From Narcine bancroftii (lineage: Eukaryota), in contig NC_091471.1 of NCBI RefSeq assembly GCF_036971445.1, positions 350,610,001 through 350,674,000 on the forward strand: DNA of 64,000 bases. The letters run 5' to 3'. Shown here piece after piece: positions 50,430 to 62,991 of this stretch (positions are counted from its first letter, which is position 1; every line of letters starts with the position of its first letter). Both the position numbers and the translations under genes were made by a program. The notes beneath the pieces were generated by a model. It saw only the letters and a program-made list of their open reading frames with translations, had not been told where the DNA came from and searched no databases.

Positions 50430-51072
50430 CCATTCCCTGAAAGTGGTGTCACAGATGGATAGGTGTAAAGAGAGTTTTTGGCATATTGGCCTTCATAAAT
50501 CAAAGTACAGGAGTTGTGATGTTATGGTAAAGACATTGGTGAGGTCAAATTTGGAGTATTGTGTGCAGTTTTGGACACCTAACTACAAGAAAGATATCAA
50601 TAAGATAGAAAGAGTGTAGAGAATATTTACTTGGACATTGCCTAGACTTCAGAAACTGAGTTACAGGGAAAGGTTAAACAGGTTTATTCTCTGGAGCATA
50701 GAAGAATGAGCGGAGATTTCATTTTAAAATTATGAGGGGGATAGATAGAGTAAATGTGTATAGGCTTTTTCCACTGGGGATAGGTGAGATACACCAGAGG
50801 ACATTGGTTAAGGGTGAAAGGGGAAAAGTTTAGGGGTAATGTGAGGGGGAACTTCTTCACACACAGAGTGGTGGGAATGTGGAATGATGAAGTGTTGTGA
50901 ATGAGGGCTCCATTTTAACACAAGAAAAACTTGGATAGGAACATGGATGGGGTATGGGGGGGGGTGGGGGCTATAGACTGGGTCCAGGTCAGTGGGACAA
51001 GGCAGAAAAATGGTTTGGCACAGACTAGAAGGGCCGAAGGGTCTGTTTATGTGCTGTAATGTTATATGGTTC
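50430..51072 (+). mobile_element. CR1 LINE 3' end
   Basis: Colinear with 22560-23226, with the same TGTAATGTTATATGGTT-type tail. Confidence 0.8.
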
Positions 51073-51471
51073 TACGATTATGGCTTTCTGAAATTGATTA
51101 GAGGAAAGAAAGTATATTCCTTCGGAAATAATGGAATAAGATTCCATGTCGCTGTTTTTTTTAACGCGGCGGGAGGGCTGAATGGATTGTAACTTTCATA
51201 TCAGATCTCATCAGCAATAAAAAAAATTCCAGCCTTTTTGAAAAAAATGTCTAAACAAAACTGTCTACATCACCGTTATATTCGTGTCCCTGACATTTTA
51301 ACGTTGGCAGTGAATCTTTTTATGCTCCACTGATTATGTTGCACTATTTAATAGAGGTATGAAAGATTGCCTCAGAAGAATACTTCCGAAGTGGAAAATA
51401 ATGACATTTGATCTCGGGCAGAGCTTGTCCCGAGCTGCATGTTGTTTCTTATTAGCATAGAACAATTAGAG

Positions 51472-51510
51472 TATAAAACGGAGAGTCCCCCTATCCACCC
51501 AAGTCACTCT
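51472..51510 (+). promoter_or_regulatory. C17orf58: TATA box and Inr-like element of C17orf58
   Basis: TATAAAA at 51472, TCACTCT ~30 nt downstream, and a Kozak-context CACCATG at 51528. Confidence 0.6.
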
Positions 51511-51527
51511 TCTGCGGCAGCTTCACC

Positions 51528-51600
51528 ATGAACCGACTGGTGCTCATCCACCTCTTCTCACTCGTGGTATGTTTCCAAATTATCCACGCAAAACAGAAAG
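51528..51600 (+). CDS. C17orf58: C17orf58 orthologue exon 1 (signal peptide)
   Basis: MNRLVLIHLFSLVVCFQIIHAKQK+G, then a GTGAGT donor; hydrophobic signal-peptide pattern; phase 1 matches exon 2. Confidence 0.8.
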
Positions 51601-52995
51601 GTGAGTGCATTTTTTTTTAACGAACTCCACGCAAAACCACTTTGTCATTGAGGGAAAGATTTGATATCGGTGAGGATTTTTTTTAACAGTTTGCATTGAT
51701 AGGTTTTGGGGGATATTTGCATTGTGGGATTTTGGAAAAAGACAGTTGCACATTTTCCTGCTTGTGAGTTGCACGTTAAAGAACAAAAAATCATTTTAGA
51801 ATGGGTCTTCGCGTAATAATGCTGACTAAGTCAAACTTGATCTATGTCATGGCAGTTTGAATCTAACACAGATTGGATTTAGTGGGGACTTGTTGAAAGG
51901 CTCCGACACGAAACGTCGACGATTCTTTGGCTCCGCTCACTGAGTTCCTCCGGCCTCTTGGTTTTCCGATACTGGTTACGCCCGGGATGAATTTGAACGA
52001 GGTGCTAGAAGCTGCTCAGGAGTGTTCATGTCACTTGTGACCTACTCAAAACGAGCAGGTTTTCAATGTCTCGGGGCCTTCGATCTCAATGAATGCAACG
52101 AGAGTGGGGTCAAGGGAGCGAGAAGCAATTGGGGTTCCTCGCCCTAATTGTGGAAATGCATCAAATCAACCAGCCTGACACACAGGAAAAATTATTTAAT
52201 GGAAATTAGCGGAGGAAATCCTTTTGACCAGCACCACTTTGAAGAATTGGGAGTCATTGTTGACAGTTTTTAAAAATCCTTTTAACTCGAGATCTCCAAA
52301 GAGAGGAAAACTGAAGTTAAATTTCCGAGCCAAGGTGAAGTGCTTGGAGGCGCTTCTCGACACGTGGGGAGGGAGTGCAGTCGCGTTTCTGTCATTGGGC
52401 CATCATGTTGGCGCAGGGCCGAAGGGCCTGTTCCTGGCCTGCGCTGCTCCATTAACATCAGGGCTGTTTATTAAAAGATCGGCAGTTTTCGGCCATGGCC
52501 TCGTCTGCAGAGAAGGTGATAGGAGGTGGTCAAAATGTCCCAGAGTAAAAGTAGATTTGATTTAAAAATGATTTAATTTACAATTATCGAGGGCACAAAT
52601 GGTAAAACGGGTTTAAAAAGACGGAAATCTGCAGACGCAGTGGTTGAAGTAAGAACATAATGCTGGAGAAACTCAGCAAGACAAACTGAGCATTTTTCAT
52701 AGCAAAAATGACCCACGTTTCGGGCTTGAGGTCTTTCGACGTGGTGTGAGGAGCAAGTGGCAATGAAGGAATTTGGGACCGAGACCGGGAATGTTGTTGG
52801 ACTAGATGCACCGGGTGGGCGTTTGAATGCGTGGGGGCATGGACAGAGTGGAGTGAGTTGGAATGGGGGGGAGGGGGGTTGGGGACAACCTCATTCTCTC
52901 CACTTCAGTAACATGAACGTTTAACCCTCTATGTGGATGTTTCGAAGGTGCAGCAGGCGAAGTCTCTCACGCCCTGGTGTTTGCTCTGTGTGCAG

Positions 52996-53553
52996 GTCTT
53001 GCCTCGCATGCTGGTGGGATGGCGGATGCCGGAGTCCCCTCCAGGACTCTCCATCCTGCATTGAACCGAGCTAAACAGCGGCAGACAAGTCGGAGCCTTC
53101 CCGAGTCCAGCCCGCCGACCCACCAGGCTTCCATGGGAAGAGAAGAGGTTGATCATCAATTGGACAAGGTGACGAATGTCTTTGACGTGAGGACGGCCAG
53201 ACGACGTCCCGAGGGGCGAGCAGGAGATTGCTCGGTAACCCTTGGGGCTCCATTCCCCCCGGAGAACTCCAAGCTGAACAGGTCGCCGACCTACTACAGC
53301 CTCCTGGCCAAGAGCATGCGGCCGCGTTCTTCAGTGGATCCGTCCCATTCCCACGCAGGTGGCCAACTCTCCCATCGGGGAGCAAGGCAGGGCGAGAAGG
53401 TGGCGAGCCAGGGGCTGGACCCCGAGGAGAACCGGCCCAGAAAGTCCCATCGCCCAAGAACAAGCGAGACGTTCATAAACGGCATCAACTCGCCCTCGGA
53501 AACCAACCGCGCCGCAACTAGCCTGCTCTATCACTTCAACATCCTCCGAGAAG
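52996..53553 (+). CDS. C17orf58: C17orf58 orthologue exon 2 (low-complexity Arg/Pro/Ser-rich linker)
   Basis: TGCAG| 558-nt open frame GLASHAGG...SLLYHFNILRE+G |GTGGCT; CpG-rich; phases 1/1. The donor site is weak. Confidence 0.75.
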
Positions 53554-53589
53554 GTGGCTGAGCTCTTTCCTCTTTCAATGAGGGAGTCG

Positions 53590-55010
53590 TGAAGGATAGT
53601 CAGGGACAAAAATGGTGCCCTTGAAGATGAGAGCGGTCGGCTATGTAAGGAGCCAGAAGAGTTGGGGGAGATGTGATTCACTCAGAAAACTGGCAGAATC
53701 TAGGGAAGTAAGGAAAACGAGCTGTGAGCTCATGGAACCTATACAGATTAGAGGAGGAGGTGGTGGATTAAGGAGAAATGACCATAGTCCCTCAGACCTT
53801 GAGGGACACTAGTGTAGAAATTGCAGGGGGTTTTGCAGAATTATTATGATGCTGGAGGATTGGAGGGTGGCTGGTGTTGTTCCATCTTTAAAAAGGGTTC
53901 CAAAAGTTATGTGGAAATTATAGCCTGTTGAGCCTGATGTAAATTATTGGAAGATGTTCTAAGAGATCAGATATACAAGCATTTGGATAGTCAGGGACGG
54001 ATTCGGGATAGTCAATGGCTTTGTGTGTGGTAGACCTTGCCGAACCAATCTTTGGATGTGGTCTATATGGACTTTAGTAAGGCCTTTGGGAGGTTAGCCT
54101 GGAAAATTCAGTCACTTGATAGTTGTGGTGAGGTCATAAACTGAATTCAACATTAGCTTTACAGGAGAAGCCAAAGAGTGGTGGCAGTTCATTGCTTCTC
54201 AGACTGGGGGGCCTGTGACTAGTGGTGTGCATCAGGACCGGTACAGGGACCATTGTTTTGTTGTCTATAATCAATGATCTGGATAATAATGTAGTAAATT
54301 GGATGAGCAAGTTTGCAGATGTCACAAAGATTGGAGGTGTTGTGAACAGTGAGAAAGGTTTTCAAAGCTTGCAGGAGGTTCTGGACCAGCTGGGAAAATG
54401 CGCTGAAAAATGGTAGATGGAATTTAATGCAGACAAGTGTGAGGTGTTGCCCCTTGCAAGGAAAAACCAAGGTTGGACATGCATAGTAAATGGTAGGGCA
54501 CTGACGAGTGTGGTAGAACAGAAAGATCTGAAATTACCTTTATGTTCATCTATGAAGTTGTCTATCAGAATCCCAATTATTTTATTCAGGAAACAAACCT
54601 CTTGGGGGTGGGGGAAATGTGTTAATTAGTGCTATTTGTATCTTATTGGAAATTGTATAAAAATTGCATTTTGTACTCTGCTTCAAATTTTTGCAAAAAA
54701 CATTATTTTAGCAATAAATTTTCTATAAAAAAAGATAGGGGATTACAGATACATAATTCCATGAAAGTGGTGTCATGGGTAGATAGGGCTGTAAAGAGAG
54801 CTTTTGACATACTGGCTTTCATAAATCAAAGTGTTAAGTACAGGAGTTGGATGTTGTATTAATCATTGGTGAGGCCAAATTTGGAGTATTGTGTGCATTT
54901 TTGGTTGCCTAACTACAGGAAAGATATCAATAAAATTGAAAGAGTATAGAGAAGATTGGCTAGGATGTTGCCAGGACTTCAGGAACTGAGATGTAGGGAA
55001 AAGTTAAATA
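53590..55010 (+). mobile_element. CR1 LINE ORF2 fragments (with a ~200-bp A-tailed insert near 54531-54730)
   Basis: MSKFADVTKIGGVV, MEFNADKCEVL, NLEYCV motifs. Confidence 0.8.
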
Positions 55011-55944
55011 GGTAGCTTAGAAGATAGTTTCTGGATTCTAGCATCTGTCGTTTCTTTTGTCTCCAACTGTTTTGTACTGGCATTTCATGGGCTCCCTACT
55101 TCTTTACTCTGTACGTCCTTTTGTGGAGCCCAGAAAACACATGGTTCACTAATCATCCTTTCAATACGTTTTTCTCGACATCAGAGATTTATGCACAAAT
55201 ACACCTATGTCCCTCTCGCCCCACACGCCCATCAGCCTTTTGTTGAAATTATCACTCCATTGTCTTTATGCCGAAACATATCAATCCACACTTTGCCATT
55301 GTGTAATCTATTTTGCCATTCCCTGTCCTCCTTATGATCCCAAATCCCTAATCATTTTAGATTAATATCAAAGTAAATAGAGGAGCAAAATGGCTGCTGA
55401 GGTCAGTGGGAAGAATTTGCACATTTATTGCCACCTCTTCCTGAGAACTTTCCTCCGCACCAAAACAGTTGCCTCCCATTTAATGGTCAAGTGGGGAACA
55501 ATTGATGAAAGGACAGAGTTTAGGGGCTGGTATTTCCAGGATATTTTTTATTTCCTAATTATTTGAGTTAATGAAGGAATGATATTTAGCCTTGCTGGTT
55601 TGGATGGCTTTTGACATGTTTTGCACAATTTTCTGATTTCTATCCTAACCTTCTCCCTTCCCCCCCCCACCCCCATTCAGTGAAAAAGGAAGGTAGGGTG
55701 GGGTATCTTTAGAAGGTGGGATTGGGAACTGGTATCTGACCATCATCTTCCCATTCTGGCCCTGATATGTCTGAATTAAGGAGCCTAAGTAAGTGGACAA
55801 TTGGGTTGGGGGCTGGGACCAGGACAAAGGCAGGAGGACATTGGGATGGATTTTCCTGCCTGCTATATCTGTTTGCTCAGGCTTCTGACCTCCTACTCTA
55901 AGGCAAGGTGCTTACCTTGTGGTTGGTGAGGCAATCAAAGAATT

Positions 55945-58332
55945 ATTTTTTTTTTTTAATTTTTTATTTTTCACACCATAAATCACATTAGCCATGATAT
56001 ACACTATTTCTTTTTCACACATATACAGTGACTTTTTCTCCCCCCCCCCCTCCTCCCAAGCCACCCCCCCCCCCCCCCCTCATCCATTTTAGGTATACAA
56101 TCTAGGTTGCATTAAGCCAGTCAGACAATGTTGTCATTCAACAAAAATACACCAGAAATTCTACTGAGTCCATTCTTTTCTTTCCTTCTCCTTCCATCAA
56201 CTTAGGTAATGTTTGTCCCCAGTAGGTTTTCGCTTTTGTATTTAATGTAAGGCTCCCATACTTGTTCGAATATTTCAATATTATTTCTTAACCTATATGT
56301 TATTTTTTCTAATGGAATACATTTATTCATTTAAATTTAGTAGTTTCTTCCTTTTAATTTGGTTATGTATTCCATTAATATTTAAAGTCATATAGTTCAG
56401 CGTAGCCCTTTTATATTTTGTTTATCTTCTCTTTCCGTTTTTCCATCATTACCTTTCCTCCTTTTCCATTTCTGTTTTCTTATTTTCAACTCTTTATAAG
56501 ACAACATTCCTACAACATCCAACATTTTCCTTATTCTCCTATTTCTATCTTATTTATCCCCAATCTCCCCTTCCCCTCCTGAGTTGTCCTTTATCCCTTG
56601 TCGGACAACCACATCTCCCCTCTCCATTTGGATTTGCGAATCCACTCGCAAGCGTCAACTGATTTTGCAGTGACCGCTATTTCCCCCCACCCAGCCCCCC
56701 CCCAGAAAAGATTTCACTTTTCATATGTCACAAAGGTCACTCTTTTAATTCCCTCCTTATTCTCTCTATTCCATTACCTTCCCTTATTAATTCTTGTCTA
56801 TACTATCTATATTTTCCTCTAAGTACAGATACATTCACGTATGCACATTGTCTCTATTCACTCTTATACCTCTTTATCCGCATACATATCAATCGTGATC
56901 ATTTTTGCTCTCATTACCCGTCTTCATCCCTCAGTCTATTTTTGTCTTTACCCACATACATATCAATCGTGATCATTTTTACTCTCATTACCCGTCTTCA
57001 TCCCTCAGTCTATTTTTGTAATTGTTCTGCAAATTTTCGTGCTTCTTCTGGATCCGAGAATAGTCTGTTTTGTTGTCCTGGAATAAATATTTTCAATACC
57101 GCTGGATGCTTTAGTATAAATTTATACCCTCTCTTCCATAAAATCGCCTTTGCTGTATTGAACTCTTTTCTCTTCTTTAGGAGTTCAAAACTTATATCTG
57201 GATAAATGAAGATTTTTTGCCCTTTATACTCCAGTGGTTTGTTGCCCTCTCTTACTTTTTCCATTGTCTTCTCCAGTACTTTTTCTCTTGTAGTATATCT
57301 TAGGAATTTTACTACAATAGATCTTGGTTTTTGTTGTGGTTGTGGTTTAGAGGCCAATACTCTATGTGCCCTTTCTATTTCCATTTCTTGCTGTAGTTCT
57401 GGACATCCTAGGGTCTTAGGGATCCAATCTTTTATAAACTCCCTCATATTCTTGCCTTCTTCATCTTCCTTAAGGCCCACTATCTTTGTTATTTCTTCTG
57501 TTATAATTTTCCATTGTATCTATTTTTTGAGCTAGTAGTTCTTGTGTCTCTTTAGTTTTTTTATTAGATTCCTCCAATTTCTTTTTTAAGTCTTCTACCT
57601 CCATTTCTGCTGCTACTGCCCGCTCTTCCATCTTGTCCATTTTCTTTCCCATTTCTGTTAAGGTCATATCTATTTTATTCATTTTCTCTTCTGTGTTGTT
57701 TATTCTTTTTCTTAAATCATTAAATTCCTGTGTTTGCCATTCTTTAAATGACTCCATGTATCCTTTAATAAGAGCAAGTATATCCTTTACCTTGCCTTTC
57801 TTTTCTTCTTCTATTTCACTGTACTCTTCCTCTTCCTCTTCTTCTTCCTCTGGGTTGACCATCTGTTGTTTCTTTGTTGCCCTTTCCTTCTCTTCTTTCT
57901 TGTTTCTATTGTCTTCTGTGGTCTCTTCTTGCTGCAGGTGTTCTGCAGCTGTCGTTGCCGGCTGTGGAGATCGACTCCCCAGCTGGTCCCCCCTCCCGTC
58001 GGTGTGTTTTTTTTTTCATGCGCGGTTGCGCACTTTTACTCGGCTCAGCGAGCCATTTTTGTAGTCCATTATTTACCGACCTGAGGGAGCGGGTTTCTCT
58101 CTCCGCAGCGGGCCTCTTCGGACAGGTAAGGCCTTCACCTTTTTCCTCCGTTGTCTTCTCTTCCTCTCTTCTTACCGTTGATTTTGATTTTTCTTTTTTT
58201 GTCGCCATCTTCTTTCTACCTTTATACTCACTTTTCTGTAACTTTTATTTCTGTGCCTTTGTGTTTTCCTTTGTTTTTCCCGACTTTTCTGGAGAGGGCT
58301 GGAGTTCACTGTCCGGCCACTACTCCATCACC
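55945..58332 (-). mobile_element. L1-derived element with intact ends, ORF1 (two frameshifts) and almost all of ORF2 deleted
   Basis: 16-bp TSD AGGCAATCAAAGAATT (55929-55944 / 58333-58348); poly(A) tail; ORF1 58208-57010 (coiled coil, MENYNRRNN, EIERAHR, IFIYPDIS); only the ORF2 N- and C-terminal stubs remain. Confidence 0.9.
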
Positions 58333-58583
58333 AGGCAATCAAAGAATTGAAGCAACACCTGATATCACTCTGGTCAACGCTCCAGGCTGATTCCATTTTC
58401 CTCAAACTGAGCCCATTGTGACCATTGCTGTCTGTTTACGTCCAACTGGTTTCACCCAACATTTGTTTTAGCAGTGAACAGAACTTTATTTTATTTAAAT
58501 TATCTGTTTTAACAATGGTGTATATTTTTAAAAAATTATAGATTCTGCTGGTGGTAACTGAACTAACTGGAGGTTTCCCACAG

Positions 58584-58661
58584 ATTACAACAAACAATTG
58601 TGCTCCGTTGAATGCAGGAAGGAGAAGAATGAGAGACAGTTCTACTGCAGCAGTGATTTTG
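58584..58661 (+). CDS. C17orf58: C17orf58 orthologue exon 3 (start of NTR domain)
   Basis: CAG|DYNKQLCSVECRKEKNERQFYCSSDF+G|GTGAG, 78 nt; C-x3-C...YCxSDF pattern of NTR modules. Not in the ORF track. Confidence 0.85.
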
Positions 58662-59299
58662 GTGAGAATCCTGTCATTCTGTTGACTTTGGATTTAATAC
58701 TTTGGGGAAGGACCTGGTGACCAGATTCCCTACTAACCAGATGGTTATTTTTGGAATAAGTATACTGGATGTTAAATGAAAAATGTTCCATATACTCCAT
58801 GAACATTTGAATTTTTTTCATTTTTGCAACTTTTGCAGCTTTCATTGCCACATCTGCCACTTCAGGAAATTGTAAGTTCTAATACATTAGATGATAAATA
58901 GCAAGGACTCAGAAGTCATTTTTTTTAATTGAAATAAAAGCTTCCCCTTTCTTCATCACCAAATGTTTGTGCCAAGTGTCCACTTTTGGGAGAAGAATAT
59001 CAATTGAATTTATTTGATAGGTATATAGAACTTATAATTTTTAAATTTAATTTTAGACCTACAGCACGGTAACAGGCCCTTTGGCCCACAACCCTGTGCT
59101 GCTCAATGACACCCAATTAATCCTCAACCCTCATACGTTTTGAAGGGTGGGAGAAAACCAGGACCCCCCCCCCCCCCCCACAAGGAAACCCACACAGACA
59201 TGGGGAGAACGTACAAACAAACTCCTTACAGACAGCGCCATATTTGAACTCTGGTCACTGGTACTGTAAAAGCGTGGCACTCAACACTACACTAACTAG

Positions 59300-60025
59300 A
59301 TGGGAAATGTGAAGTCAATACACTGGATTAAGAAAAATCAAAAGGCAGACTATTATGTAACTGGATAGTGAAGGATCAAGATGTTCGAGTGCATGAATCA
59401 CGAAAAGGAAACAAAGGTCCAAATAGGGTAACAGCATTTTTGGCCTTTATTTCAAAGGGGCTGGAGATTAAAATCGGGATTTTTCATTAAAGCTTCACCT
59501 GGAATATTGCGTACAGTCCCCTTACTTAAAAAGACAGTCACACTGAAGGAAGTTCAAAGGAGATTCATCAGGTAAATTCCTGGGTTAAGAGAGTTGTTCC
59601 ACTGAAAGACTCAACAGTTCGATCCTGTATTCTTGGAGTTTGGGAAAAATGAGGTAACCTTAATTCAAACATATCTATATATCTATCAAAACAAGATCGT
59701 GAGGGCACTCAACAGGGTATATGTTAGAATGTTTTCATCAGTGGGAGAGTCACAAATAGGGGGCGTAACGAGAAGGGGCGGGTCATTTAAAACTAAGGTC
59801 TGCCAACATTTCCCCTCAGAGTGTTGAATCTCTGCCCACTGGGTAATGGAAGCTGCATTGTTAGAAGTAAATAAAGTGGAGGGGATAAAGATGTGATAGA
59901 TTGAGGAATGGCAGGGTATAGAGGAATGGCACAGGAGAGGAATGGCATAGATCAGCCATGATCATATTAAATGGTGAGATAGGTTTGAAGGGTAGAGTGG
60001 CATGTTCCTGCTCCTGTTTTCTTGA
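59300..60025 (+). mobile_element. Old CR1 LINE 3' fragment
   Basis: Degenerate HLEYCVQ motif and a 3'UTR GATCAGCCATGATCATATT typical of the CR1 copies in this window. Confidence 0.55.
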
Positions 60026-62799
60026 TATTCCATTATCTGCATTTTAAAATGATCCCCCATTTATATCAAGTAAAACTCAAAAGTCTACAGATACCATGGT
60101 TGAAGTTAAAATATAATGCTGGAGAAACTCCGATCTCTCATCCCAGAGGATTGAATGAGGAGACTCTAGAGATTGTAGATGATCTGATGAACATCTTCTA
60201 GAATTCCATAATTTCTGGAATTGTTCCTGCAGATCAGATGTGAAAAATTATTTTTCTGATAAATTTGAAACAATAAAAAGGAATGGCTTGCACATTTATT
60301 AACCTTGATCTAATGCCCTTTCTAGGCAACGACTAACCGCCGTGGTCGGGGGAAAAACTGAAACAGATATGATGTAAATAAATGTGGTCTCCAGTGATCT
60401 TTTTACAAGATTTCCATTGAAGAATAAAGATGTTTTGCTAGATTTGTACATGCGTGAGCCTACACCAAAAAAGATCTACTTCTATGTAAAGGGAGTGCAA
60501 CAAAGATTCACCACAAATCCTTAGATTTTTGGACACTGAAGAAATAAAGGGATATTGGGATAGTGCAGTCAATGGAATGGAGGTAGATCAGCCATGATCG
60601 TAGTGAATGGGACAGCAGGCAAAGGCCAGATGCATATTTTTGCTTGAAATTCTTGTGCTGTGTAGTTTGGAACAGAGAACATGCATGAATATGGATTATT
60701 CAGAGACGTAGTCATTTGAATATCATCAACATATAGTAGAAACACTGCCTGTTGTTTTTCCATCAGGAAAGCTGGCTCCAATTCAGGCTTTGGTTTCTAA
60801 TACAAGCTGCTGCCATGCAAGATGGCCACACTGATCTAATAAACAAATGGGTCTATTCAGAGGTGGGGATGATTGAGAAACTAAGACATCAATTTTCACA
60901 TTGTAGAAAGTTTGTCCACAATGTACTTGAACATTTTGTACTGGCCTGATAATCGAAGTGAAAGGAGTGTAGATCAGGACTTTATCTGCATTTCCTTTAC
61001 ACATGGTGGTCTCACTTCATTCCTTTGACTCCATCAGAGAATACAGTCACTAATGGCTCCAGAAAGCCAGGTAATCTGTGAATGAAGTCCTTTCCACCCA
61101 TGAACTTATTGTAGAGATTGGTTCAACAGCAACTTATCAAATCTTGACCATTTGTTCTGCCTGAACTGACGTGGTGATAAAAATGGCTCTTATAACTGAA
61201 CCACACCTGGGTTCTCTTCCAACACCTCTTCCCTCAAAACCTGACTGCTACATAAAGGTGCACTTTACTGACCTAAACCTCTCACTTTTCTTTTAAAGCT
61301 TCCTCTTTGATTGGGTTTTAGTAACACTTGCTACTATTCTACACTGTTGTTTGATTCTGCTTTGCAAACACATCATTGATCAGGAAGCTGACAATGGGGT
61401 GGAAGGGGCCAAATGAGAGTTACAAATAGTGACTAAATTAACTTCAAAATGATCTGTCATACAGAAAGCAGTGCAATCACTTGTGCGCTGTCAGACTCCA
61501 CGACAGCAAGGTCACTGACATTAATTTATTCCAGGTGACACTGGTTGAGCACAGAGGTTGGCTGAATTACTGGAGAAAAGCCTTTTTAAATGAGCCAATG
61601 TTCCGCTGAACTGACACAAACATTCTCAGTGAGCTTCTCACCTGCAGGGAGGTGACTTGATAATTCCAACAAATTGTTGGCTGCATTTTAAGAATGAAGA
61701 TTTACAGAGTGCTTTTCACAACCGCCATAAACATGGCGAAAGCTCATTGTAGCCAAATGCAAATCTTGAGTTATGATGATTGTAAACATGTCTGCCAGTT
61801 TGCACGTGGTAAATTTCCAAAAACAACAAGCTAGTGTTTCTTCAATTTGATTACGCGTTAAACAACATCTTGAACATTGTGAATAACTCTCAAAGCAATG
61901 TACTACTAAATGGACTTTGTTTTTGGACTTCCATCTCAAACCCCCTCCACTTCTTTGACCAAACCTTCGATCATCTATCATAACACATCCCTCTGTAGTT
62001 TTCTTTTGGGTCTTTGTGAATTACTTGATGGTAATCTTCTGCAGAAAGGATGATCTCAGCAAGTTGACATCCACAATCTTAATAATCTGAACATTTGAGT
62101 TCAGTCCAAGAGAATAAATGGTCAGCTTGAAAGATGATTACTTGATGCAGACAAACCAGAATCCTTTTCCTGTCCCATGACCATATCGCCCTCCCTTAGA
62201 CAGGCATTTCCCACATAGAGCCTACAGGTGTGAGACAGTTTTTTTTTGTGCTAAATGATGAAGGCCCCAGCAAGGCAGGAACAAATTTTGAGACAGATCT
62301 GGGTTGAGGACCAAAGTTTTAGTCTGCAAAGGAATGGGGGAAAAGACAAAACTTGTGAGTTGAGGAGTTTGTCAAGAAATACTTTTGGCACCCCAGAGAA
62401 AAACGACAAGGATTCACTTTTATGGTTCACATTCTAGAATGAACCAGGATTTCCAATTGCCTGTATTTTTGTCCAAACTTTACATCTTCTTTGGATGTGC
62501 AAAGATGACATCAAACTCTCCCAGTGGGAAAACATTAGCTTATTTCCTTTCCCAGAGGAAAAAAATTCTCCTTGCATTTCAGATTCTGACATCCCTGCTG
62601 TATTTTTAAAGGAAATGCTGCTGTGATTTTCTGTTACCAGATATGAGGATTGAAAATGGAATTCTGTGATATTTTAACCTGCTGCCATGTTAATGAGTTT
62701 GTTGTCAAATACATTAAGTTCAATGCACAGATAGAACAAAATACTTGCTGCAGTCATTTCCCATTACATTAACAGTCATAACAGTATGTTTTTCAACAG

Positions 62800-62991
62800 C
62801 AATTAATGGTATTGTCCATGACATAGTGACCCTTGATAAACGACTGCAAATGGTGACATTAATGGTGGATAGCAATGGATTCTACCGCATGAGTCGACTC
62901 TATGTCACACCAGATGGATTCTTCTTCAAAGTACACATTCTTGTGGTTGATACATTCAACTGTAGACGACTTTGTCCAGACTTGAAGCTTG
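62800..62991 (+). CDS. C17orf58: C17orf58 orthologue exon 4 (NTR domain)
   Basis: AINGIVHDIVTL...YRMSRLYVTPDGFFFKVHILVVDTFNCRRLCPDLKL+G, 192 nt; matches the recalled human motif MNRLYLTPDGFFFRVHML. Confidence 0.92.
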
